A DNA stretch of 64,000 nucleotides from positions 896,001 to 960,000 of the forward strand of contig CBDCYI010000005.1 in NCBI GenBank assembly GCA_965224085.1, written 5' to 3'. Made by a program: the position numbers and the translations under genes. This stretch comes from Candidatus Marinacidobacterales bacterium (GTDB taxonomy: Bacteria > Acidobacteriota > Vicinamibacteria > Marinacidobacterales > SMYC01). Shown here one piece after another: positions 1 through 8,140 of the stretch (its first letter is position 1; every line of letters starts with the position of its first letter). The notes beneath the pieces were generated by a model. The model worked only from the letters and a program-made list of their open reading frames with translations. It was not told the origin of the DNA and made no database searches.

Positions 1-515
1 GCCAAGCTTCGAAAGCGTTGACCCAGGGACTCTACACGACAGCCGCGGCGTTCGCGCTCGCGAGCATGCCGCGTCTCGACGAGATCACGTCCGAGGAGAT
101 GGTGAATACCCTCGAGAGCGCGAACCAAACGATGACACTCCTACTCGCGGGCATCGCTGCCGTGTCGCTCGTCGTCGGTGGGATCGGTATCATGAACATC
201 ATGCTCCTCGCGGTGACCGAGCGCACGATGGAAGTTGGCCTGCGCATGTCGGTCGGCGCGCGCCGCCGGGATGTGTTGTCGCAGTTTCTGCTGGAAGCGA
301 TTCTTCTGAGCCTCGCGGGAGGCTTTTTAGGGATTGGACTCGGCTTCACCTCCGCGGGAGCGCTAACGCAGTTTCTCGGATGGCCGACCTATATCTCGGC
401 CCAAGCGGTCGCGCTGGCCTTCGGCCTCGCCTTCGCCGTTGGCGTCGTCTTCGGCTATTACCCTGCGATGCGGGCGGCCCGCCTCGACCCGATCGACGCG
501 CTACGCTACGAATAG
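1..515 (+). CDS. ABC transporter permease, MacB/FtsX type (5' partial)
   Basis: Motifs IAAVSLVVGGIGIMNIMLLAVTERTMEVGLRMSVGA and PIDALRYE; frame is open to the window edge. Confidence 0.9.
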   Translation, partial: QASKALTQGLYTTAAAFALASMPRLDEITSEEMVNTLESANQTMTLLLAGIAAVSLVVGGIGIMNIMLLAVTERTMEVGLRMSVGARRRDVLSQFLLEAILLSLAGGFLGIGLGFTSAGALTQFLGWPTYISAQAVALAFGLAFAVGVVFGYYPAMRAARLDPIDALRYE

Positions 516-586
516 AACCGCAAGGCCAGGCTACTCGGTGCCGACCTTTCGGCGATCAAAGCGTCTTAGTCGCCCGCACTAGCCTA

Positions 587-1325
587 GTACCCGTCCTGAC
601 AGGTGTAAGAGGTTGAGAAAAAAGGGGTAATCGCAAATTTAGGGCTAGCCTTCTGAGGGAGTGTCGTTTAGTATCGAGTCGTCAAAAACAAGAGTCTAAA
701 CGACTTAACTCCAAAGGAGACCAGCCCTAAATGCGAAAAACGATCAACCCACAACCAAGCCTTCGCGAGCCCTGGCTGGAGCTGGAGCACGCACGCGAAC
801 TCGAAACGATATCATCGCTGCTCGATGCCCATCCTAAGCTCAATGAGCTGGTACTGCAAGACCTGAGGTCGGTCACCCCATCGGCAGGGAGCGATGTTGG
901 TCGTGGGGGAATGAGCGCGGAGCAGGTTCTCCGGGCGTTGTTGCGCGGTGACCGATATGGTCAAGAGTTCCTGGGTCTATCAACGCCTACGGCGATTTCG
1001 CTGCGGAATCGAAGGCGTCATTTCGTTCTTGAAACGAGTCTTTGGTCTCGACCGATGCACATGGCGCTCATTGCCTTCTTTCAAATCCTACGTATGGAGT
1101 TCCATCATCACCTGCAACCTGTTGGTAATGGCAAGGCACCTATTACGATAATAATGATTGCTCTTACTGCGTTTATAGCCATGGATTGCTGACGATTCGC
1201 CTCTCGTTTCGTCCAAGATTTTCATTCGCTTCCGAGCCTACGAGGTGCCGACTGAAAACGTATAATACCCACGTCTTCGATAGGCCTCTCGTACACCACA
1301 AGTTATGGTGTTTCTGGACAGGAAC
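587..1325 (+). mobile_element. Internally deleted ISNCY/IS5-like insertion sequence
   Basis: Imperfect terminal IRs GTACCCGTCCTGACA / rc GTTCCTGTCCAGAAA; ACTAGCCTAG repeated at 578-587 and 1324-1333; only transposase N- and C-terminal pieces remain. Confidence 0.75.
731..1151 (+). pseudogene. Transposase remnant: N-terminus 731-~945 joined out of frame to C-terminus 948-1151
   Basis: N-term GRGGMSAEQVLRA; C-term RFRCGIEGVISFLKRVFGLDRCTW typical of DDE transposase ends; catalytic core absent. Confidence 0.8.
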
Positions 1326-1329
1326 TAGC

Positions 1330-1809
1330 CTAGGGCGTCGTGTGCGGATCCGGTGCGGTCGAGTCCATCGGCTCGGCGACGAAGGGCAGGTCAATCTCGT
1401 AGGGCTCCCCTTCGTAAATGAAAGCAACGACGGCGCGGGCCTTTGAGTCTTCGACAGCACGGCCCGTCGCAACCCAGCTTTCACCGAACTCATCGATGAC
1501 GAGCTCGAGCGGTTCCGGATCTCCTTCTGTTCGCAGGATGGAGATCGTCACGTCCGTCGCGACAGCCGCGGGGAGCTCCACGCGATAGGCGTCGCTGAAA
1601 TACACGTGGTGCTCCCCTGATGCGCGCAGCACGACCTCGAAGTGAAGATCCCCATTCATCCACACCGTGCCGTCGTGTTTTGGATTGTGGTCGCCGTGAG
1701 CCATCGGGGTTATCGACGGTGCGCCCTCGACGGGCGGAGGCGGAGCCTCTTCCGCGCAACCGGAGCCAAGCAGCAACGTAAAGAAAGTGGCCGCTCTAAG
1801 AAACTTCAT
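1330..1809 (-). CDS. Hypothetical lipoprotein with AHGDHNPKHDG metal-binding motif
   Basis: RBS GAGAGGAG before ATG 1809; lipobox LGSGC; motif shared with the 13880-14899 protein. Confidence 0.75.
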   Translation of the reverse strand: MKFLRAATFFTLLLGSGCAEEAPPPPVEGAPSITPMAHGDHNPKHDGTVWMNGDLHFEVVLRASGEHHVYFSDAYRVELPAAVATDVTISILRTEGDPEPLELVIDEFGESWVATGRAVEDSKARAVVAFIYEGEPYEIDLPFVAEPMDSTAPDPHTTP

Positions 1810-2929
1810 CGTCTCCTCTCGCAAGCTCACCCCACGTTTTCCATGTATCGTCGGCTTCACGCCATGTGCGCTCGGCATAGGCCATCACGTAACCGCGATA
1901 GCGATCGACGAAACGCAGGAATCCCCAAGCGTCGGCCATGAGCGCGTGCTTCTCGAGCCAAAGTACGGCGCCCACGCGGTCCAAGCGTCCTTCAAGATAG
2001 CGCCGCGCCCCGTCCGCGGCGATTCTGCGCAGACACCGACCCAGTCGATCGATCTCGTTGCGCTCGCCGTCGCCGAGCGCGAGCTCAGCACCTTGGCTCG
2101 CGAGCGCCTCGAGCCGCCACCCATAGGGGCTGTGAAGCGTCTGAACAGAGAACTCCTTCAAGCCCCGTCGCCGCACGAGCTCCGTTTCGGCCAGGACGGT
2201 CAACGTATGGTGTCCCGGATAGCTTTCGTGGCACAGCGACTCCAACACGTCACGCGGCGTCCACGCTACGTCCTGGTTGATCTGCACCACGCTCAAAAAC
2301 GCGCCGCGATAGACGTGATAGGCCGCCCACGGCTTACCACGCACGTACTCCACGTCTACCCGCTCGCCCTCGGGGAGCTCCACGTGCTGAAGGGTACGGT
2401 GCCGGCACGTTTCGAGAGCCTTCGTCACGAGCTCTTCGAGCTCGTCGACAGCCACGATGGTTTGCCTATGATAGGCCGTGTAGCGGGCGAGAAGTGTCAC
2501 GTCTCCAGGCAGCAGCTCGTCCAAGCGCGCGTGTACGGCCTGAACCTTCGGCTCCCCGAGTGGAGGCAAGGTGACGCCGTACAAAGCTTCGAGCTCCTCG
2601 TCGAAGGAGAGTGACGCGCCTCTCAACACGCGCGTGCGCGTATGAAGCGCTGTGAGCTGCTCTCTCAAAAAGCGCGTGCGCGGCGATGCGGACATCCCTC
2701 CGAGCTCGCCCAGAAGTCGGCGGGCATCGTCCTCGATCGCTTCGAGCTCTAGTGGTAGGGGCTCGGGTCGCTTCGCACCTACATAGGCATCTACATATCC
2801 AGGGTCGTACGCATCGAGAGCCCATGCGAGCTGGATATAGCGCTCCGCGACAGCCTCGAGCGGAGCCCCGCCCGTCGAACAACCGAAAAACCCGCAAAGT
2901 CCGAGGGCCAATACGAACGAGCGCACCAT
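1796..2929 (-). CDS. DUF885-like putative Zn-metallopeptidase lipoprotein
   Basis: Lipobox FFGC; CHESYPGHH (HExxPGHH) motif with downstream E. Confidence 0.65.
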   Translation of the reverse strand: MVRSFVLALGLCGFFGCSTGGAPLEAVAERYIQLAWALDAYDPGYVDAYVGAKRPEPLPLELEAIEDDARRLLGELGGMSASPRTRFLREQLTALHTRTRVLRGASLSFDEELEALYGVTLPPLGEPKVQAVHARLDELLPGDVTLLARYTAYHRQTIVAVDELEELVTKALETCRHRTLQHVELPEGERVDVEYVRGKPWAAYHVYRGAFLSVVQINQDVAWTPRDVLESLCHESYPGHHTLTVLAETELVRRRGLKEFSVQTLHSPYGWRLEALASQGAELALGDGERNEIDRLGRCLRRIAADGARRYLEGRLDRVGAVLWLEKHALMADAWGFLRFVDRYRGYVMAYAERTWREADDTWKTWGELARGDDEVS

Positions 2930-3019
2930 CTCAACGGCAAGCTACCATCAAACTAGCGTTGCCGTCGAGAATAGGCTAGTGTCAGCGTCATTCTTCCTTC
3001 ATATAGACAGGAGGCCACA

Positions 3020-4684
3020 ATGAGATGGCATTGGGCAGTTCTGAGCATTCTCAGCATCAGTGTTTTCTTCTTCAGCTGCGCTCCTCCACAAAGTGATGCT
3101 CCCGCGGCAAGCGAATCTCGCTCCGCAACACCGGCCCTCGGGATCCGGGCCCATGCGGACGAAGAAATCTCGCCCGACTTGAGCTTGATTCCTGACGAGC
3201 TGAAGCAAGTCTACGACTTCATCGACGCGAACGTCGATGAGCATGTCGGAAACCTGCAGCGGTGGATCCAACAGCCGAGTGTCTCGAACTCCGGTGAAGG
3301 CATCCCGGAATCCGCACAGATGGTCCAAGGCTTCTTCGAGCAGCTCGGTTGCCAGGAGTCGCGCGTCTACGAAGTCCCGATGACCGAGTGGGGGCAGCCG
3401 GGCAATCCCGTCGTCTACGCGAAGTGCGACGAAGGCGCCGACAAGACACTTCTCATTTATTGGATGTACGACACGATGCCCATCACGCAACCCGATGCGT
3501 GGGTCTCCCCGCCTTTCGAGGCGCGCATCGTCGAGTACCCGCCCTTCAAGAAAGTGATCATCGGCCGCGGCGCGACGAACTCGAAAGGCCCACAAATGGT
3601 CCAATGGAACGCGTTCATGTCGCTGCGCGAGGTCGTCGGCAAGCTTCCCGTCAACCTCGTCATCGTCGCCGAGGGTGATGAAGAGCGTATGTCGATTGGC
3701 CTCCGTCAGTTCGTGCGCGAGCATGCTGAGCTTTTCGAAGGCATCGACGCGATGTATCGCTTCGGTCGCCAGGGACGTAGCGGCGGCGGTGGAATCTCGG
3801 GAGGCTCCGAGGGCTGCGTCTATATCGAGCTCACCACGAGCGGCGAAAAATGGGGACGGGGCCCCGTCGCCTCGAACATCCACGGCGCGAACAAGCGCTC
3901 GACCGACAGCCCCGCGTGGCGGCACATCAAGATGCTGAGCACGCTCGTCGCCGATAACGGCAACACGATCCTCGTTCCGGGCTTCGGCGACGGCGCCATA
4001 CCGCTCACTGAGGCGGAGCTCGCCAAACTGAAGGCATCCGCGGAAAAGATCGACATGGAGGTCGCCGCCAAGAATATCGGTGTGGCCCGTTTCATCAGCG
4101 ACGATCCTTTCGAGTACATGAAAATGGCCCGCTACGGCCTCTCGCTCAACCTCGACGGTATCTGGGGCGGCAACATGTATCCAGCGGGAGCCGGCGCCAT
4201 CCTCCCCAACAAAATCACCTCGAAGCACAACTTCCGTTACGTGCCCAACATGGACGGCCTCGAGATGGTGAAGCGCGTGCGCGAGCACCTCGATGCGCAG
4301 GGCTATGAAGATGTCGAAGTCACAATCATCGGCGATGTGCCGTGGTCGAAGATGCGCTACGACACCGACGCCGCGCGAGCTTTGATGAGAACCTATGACA
4401 TTTTCGGGATCAGCTACGGTGAGCCGCCTCAAGAGAACTCCATCCTAGGTCCGTATTGGCCGGCCTATCTCTTCGTGAACGACCAAGAGACGGGTATCAG
4501 CATGCCGATCGTCGGCGGCGCCGCGGGTCACGGTGGCGGCGCGCACGCGGCCAACGAGTTCTGGGTGGTCGAGGGCGCCGGCAAGGTCTATGGCATGGCG
4601 GGCGCCGAGAAATCCGTCGCGACCTTCCTCTACGCCTATGCCGGATTGCTGCCAGAGGAAAGCGGGGAGAGCACCGGGAATTGA
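3020..4684 (+). CDS. M20/M25/M40 family metallohydrolase, lipoprotein
   Basis: RBS AGGAGG; lipobox FFSC; YWMYDTMP, GRGATNSKG, EGDEE and AHAANE motifs. Confidence 0.85.
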   Translation: MRWHWAVLSILSISVFFFSCAPPQSDAPAASESRSATPALGIRAHADEEISPDLSLIPDELKQVYDFIDANVDEHVGNLQRWIQQPSVSNSGEGIPESAQMVQGFFEQLGCQESRVYEVPMTEWGQPGNPVVYAKCDEGADKTLLIYWMYDTMPITQPDAWVSPPFEARIVEYPPFKKVIIGRGATNSKGPQMVQWNAFMSLREVVGKLPVNLVIVAEGDEERMSIGLRQFVREHAELFEGIDAMYRFGRQGRSGGGGISGGSEGCVYIELTTSGEKWGRGPVASNIHGANKRSTDSPAWRHIKMLSTLVADNGNTILVPGFGDGAIPLTEAELAKLKASAEKIDMEVAAKNIGVARFISDDPFEYMKMARYGLSLNLDGIWGGNMYPAGAGAILPNKITSKHNFRYVPNMDGLEMVKRVREHLDAQGYEDVEVTIIGDVPWSKMRYDTDAARALMRTYDIFGISYGEPPQENSILGPYWPAYLFVNDQETGISMPIVGGAAGHGGGAHAANEFWVVEGAGKVYGMAGAEKSVATFLYAYAGLLPEESGESTGN

Positions 4685-5394
4685 TCCGCACCGAAGAGCT
4701 GACGAAGACGTACGCGCTCGGAGAAGTCTCGGTCGAGGCCCTTCGCGGGGTGTCGGTCGAGATCGAAGCGGGCGAGCTCGTCGCCGTCGTGGGGGCGTCC
4801 GGGTCCGGCAAGTCCACTCTGATGCATATCCTCGGTTGCCTGGATCGTCCCACGAACGGCAAGTACTTTCTCTCGGGAAAAGACGTCTCCGAGCTCTCGT
4901 CCGACGAGCAAGCCCGCATCCGAAACCAGCAGATCGGGTTTGTGTTCCAGAGCTTCAACTTGCTCCCGAGAACACCCGCTGTCGACAACGTCGAGCTGCC
5001 TCTTCTCTACAACGCCGAGAGGCTGACACGAAGCGAGCGACGCGACCGAGCTTTGGCGGCGCTCGACGCGGTCGGTCTTTCGGAGCGGGCGGCGCATCAC
5101 CCGAGCCAACTCTCCGGTGGACAGCAACAACGCGTCGCCATCGCGCGCGCTCTGATGAACGACCCGCGTCTCCTGCTCGCGGACGAGCCCACTGGAAATC
5201 TCGACACCAAAACGAGCGTCGACATTATGACGACACTCCATGCGCTCAATGAGAAGCGGGGACTCACAATCGTCATCATCACCCATGAGCGCGTCATTGC
5301 GGAATATGCCTCACGCATCATCGAGCTTTCCGACGGGCTGATTACGGAGGATCGTCCCATCGAGGCCGCCACGGCCCCTCTCGCTGGAGTCTGA
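4681..5394 (+). CDS. ABC transporter ATP-binding protein (MacB/LolD type)
   Basis: GASGSGKST, LSGGQQQRVAIARAL, LLADEPTGNLD; TTG start overlaps the upstream TGA. Confidence 0.92.
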   Translation: MIRTEELTKTYALGEVSVEALRGVSVEIEAGELVAVVGASGSGKSTLMHILGCLDRPTNGKYFLSGKDVSELSSDEQARIRNQQIGFVFQSFNLLPRTPAVDNVELPLLYNAERLTRSERRDRALAALDAVGLSERAAHHPSQLSGGQQQRVAIARALMNDPRLLLADEPTGNLDTKTSVDIMTTLHALNEKRGLTIVIITHERVIAEYASRIIELSDGLITEDRPIEAATAPLAGV

Positions 5395-5397
5395 ATC

Positions 5398-6852
5398 ATG
5401 CTGGACGCCCACACGTTCGAGATAGCACTTCAATCGCTCCGCCGCTTTCCGCTTCGTACGGTGCTCGCCCTCGTCGGTATGGCGATAGGCGTGGCGGCCG
5501 TGCTCGTCACGGTCGCGATCGGGACCGGAGCTCAGAGAGCTATCCGCGATCAGGTGCGCGCCGCAGGACTGAATGTCATTCAAGTCAAAGCCGGCAACTA
5601 TCGGACGAAAGGAGATGGCGACGGCGGCGTGCTAGCGCCCCACGCCTTCCTGATCTGGCTCGACAGGTGGCTCACGCCCACGGCGCACGCCCACCCGGAG
5701 AACGATCCGATGGAGAAGCACGATCACCCGACCGCAGCGGATCGACTCGGGGATAACAAAGCCGGCCTCGGCGGAGCGGCGACGCTAACGCAAGCGGATG
5801 CCGACGCGATCGCGGAGCTTCCCGGGGTCGCGAACGTCGCACCGGGCGTGCACGAGAACATCAAAGCCCATGCCGGCGAGCGTCGCTGGTTCACGCGGCT
5901 CCACGGGACCGATGTCGATCTCCCTTTGATCCGGCGCGCGCACGGCGTCGCCCAAGGACGTTTCTTTTCGCGGCGTGAGCTTCGACGTGCCGACCAAGTC
6001 GTCGTGCTCGGAAGCGTCGTGCGCGACAAGCTCTTCGGCGAGGGTGCCGATCCGGTCGGCGAAGGGCTGACGCTGTGGAACCAAACATTTCACATCGTGG
6101 GGGTCACCGAGAGCACGAATTGGATGACTCCCGGCACCGCGGGAGACGACGCGTTCGATGCCGTTTACGTGCCATTTACGACCATCCATCGTTTGCTGAA
6201 CGTCACTAACTTGAACACCATCACCGTGACGACGGAGTCGGCGGGCGAAGTCTCGACCATCGCCAAAGCGATCAGCGAGCTTCTGCGCGAGCGGCACGCG
6301 ATCCCCGATACTGCGCCCGAGGACTTCACCGTCACGACCCAGGCGAGCGAAGTCCTCGCAAGAGGGCTTCACCCCAATGTCGCGCGCGTTCTCGTAGGCA
6401 ACTTACCCAACCTCGAGCGTGCCACGCTTCAAGAGCTCTCGATGACGCTCGAGCGCGCAGGACGCACGATGAAAGCGCTCCTCGCCTCGATCGCCGCCGT
6501 TTCTCTCGTCGTTGGCGGGATCGGCATCACGAACATCATGCTGTTATCCGTGACGGAGCGGACGCGGGAAATTGGTGTGCGCATGTCCGTCGGCGCGCGC
6601 GCCCGCGACGTGGGCGCTCAGTTCTTCGCGGAAGCATTGACGCTCGCGCTCACCGGAGGCCTTCTCGGAATCGTGCTCGGCGTCCTCGCGTCGTGGACCT
6701 TACGACAGAGCTTGGGTTGGGCGATGGAAATCTCGCTCGGCGGCATAGCACTCGGCTTTGCCGTCGCGACCGCGATCGGCTTGCTCTCGGGCGTGTTCCC
6801 CGCGCGCCGCGCTTCGGCGCTCGATCCGATCCACGCACTGCGTTACGAATAG
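5398..6852 (+). CDS. ABC transporter permease (MacB type) with His-rich periplasmic insertion
   Basis: MacB periplasmic core plus FtsX domain; insertion AHAHPENDPMEKHDHP. Confidence 0.9.
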   Translation: MLDAHTFEIALQSLRRFPLRTVLALVGMAIGVAAVLVTVAIGTGAQRAIRDQVRAAGLNVIQVKAGNYRTKGDGDGGVLAPHAFLIWLDRWLTPTAHAHPENDPMEKHDHPTAADRLGDNKAGLGGAATLTQADADAIAELPGVANVAPGVHENIKAHAGERRWFTRLHGTDVDLPLIRRAHGVAQGRFFSRRELRRADQVVVLGSVVRDKLFGEGADPVGEGLTLWNQTFHIVGVTESTNWMTPGTAGDDAFDAVYVPFTTIHRLLNVTNLNTITVTTESAGEVSTIAKAISELLRERHAIPDTAPEDFTVTTQASEVLARGLHPNVARVLVGNLPNLERATLQELSMTLERAGRTMKALLASIAAVSLVVGGIGITNIMLLSVTERTREIGVRMSVGARARDVGAQFFAEALTLALTGGLLGIVLGVLASWTLRQSLGWAMEISLGGIALGFAVATAIGLLSGVFPARRASALDPIHALRYE

Positions 6853-6913
6853 CGGCTCAAACGACGAGCTCGCCATGCTATATTGCTGCCCGGTTCAAAC
6901 TGGGAGGTGAGCG

Positions 6914-7333
6914 ATGGAACGAATCAATTGGGCCCGCGTGTTCGCCGGCGGTCTCTTGGCGGGTCTCATCATCAATATTGGAGAATTCATCTTGAACGTG
7001 CCCCTCATGGGGGAGGAATTCGATGCGGTTGTCACGTCGATGAACCGTGAACCGCCAGGACCCAGCGCGATCATGGTTTTCGTTTTGATGGGATTCGCTC
7101 TCGGAATCTTGGCAGTGTGGCTTTACGCCGCGATCCGTCCGCGCCTCGGCGCCGGAGCGAAGACCGCAGCTTGTGCTGGCTCGACGGTATGGGCGCTGGC
7201 CTATCTCTACCCAAGCTTGGGGTTCATGGCGATGGACTTCTTCCCTACGAAGCTTATCTTGATTGGCACCGTTTGGGGATTTTTCGAGGTTACGTTGGCG
7301 ACGGTGGCGGGAGCGTGGATCTACAAAGAGTGA
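6914..7333 (+). CDS. Hypothetical 4-TM membrane protein
   Basis: RBS GGGAGG; four hydrophobic segments. Confidence 0.75.
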   Translation: MERINWARVFAGGLLAGLIINIGEFILNVPLMGEEFDAVVTSMNREPPGPSAIMVFVLMGFALGILAVWLYAAIRPRLGAGAKTAACAGSTVWALAYLYPSLGFMAMDFFPTKLILIGTVWGFFEVTLATVAGAWIYKE

Positions 7334-7506
7334 GTGGACTCAAGAAGGGCGGGTGGCACCTCCCTTGCGATCGTTGACTTGCACAACCGCTCTATTTCGT
7401 GATACTTCCACCTGCTAATGGGTGCACGGAGCTAGGCTAATGGAGTCGCACACCCTGACACATTTCCTACACGCTATACGTGTGTCGAAGGAGAGGTGAT
7501 CTTCCG

Positions 7507-8139
7507 ATGGCAGATCAGTTAGAAATGCTCGAAGAAACAGACAAGAGTCTATCGAGACGTAACTTCATCAAAGGGGTCATCGCCGGAGGCGCAGCGACGT
7601 ATTCCGCCGGCTACCTCTTCCGGACCGGCACGGTTCGAGCGCAGTCGGGCGCGGCGGGCTCCGTCGAACGCTTGATCACGCTCAACGTGAACGGCCAGGA
7701 ACGCCGCGTGGACGTCATGAAACAAGAGACGCTCGGGATGACGCTCCGCTACAAACTGGGATTGACCGGCACTAAAATGGGCTGCGATCGAGCTGAATGT
7801 GGCAGCTGTACGGTGCTCCTCGATGGAACAACGCACTACTCGTGCTCGGTGCTCACCCACTCGGTGCGCGGCCGCGAGGTCACCACGATCGAAGGTTTGG
7901 CCGACACAGATGGAACGCTTCATCCGGTGCAGCAGGCCGTCGTCGATGGGGCAGGTTTCCAATGCGCGTACTGCGCGCCCGGCTTCATCATGAGCATGGT
8001 TGCCATGGTGGACGCGAATCAGAGTCCGACGCGCGCCGAGGCAGCGCAGGCCCTTTCGGGCAATCTGTGCCGCTGCTGCGACTACAACAAAATCCTCGAC
8101 TGCGCCATGAGCGCCGCCGATTACACGCGGGGGGTTTAA
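7507..8139 (+). CDS. Mo-hydroxylase 2Fe-2S subunit with Tat signal (PaoA/CoxS-like)
   Basis: SRRNFIKG; GCDRAECGSCT, QCAYCAPG and NLCRC motifs; RBS GGAGAGG. Confidence 0.92.
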   Translation: MADQLEMLEETDKSLSRRNFIKGVIAGGAATYSAGYLFRTGTVRAQSGAAGSVERLITLNVNGQERRVDVMKQETLGMTLRYKLGLTGTKMGCDRAECGSCTVLLDGTTHYSCSVLTHSVRGREVTTIEGLADTDGTLHPVQQAVVDGAGFQCAYCAPGFIMSMVAMVDANQSPTRAEAAQALSGNLCRCCDYNKILDCAMSAADYTRGV

Positions 8140-8140
8140 C

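Noticed and set aside
4456-4680. N-terminal extension of the ABC ATPase (likewise 20105-21103 for the esterase and 33637-33765 for the M49 protein)
   Set aside because: Low-complexity open frame overlapping or preceding real genes; better starts exist downstream
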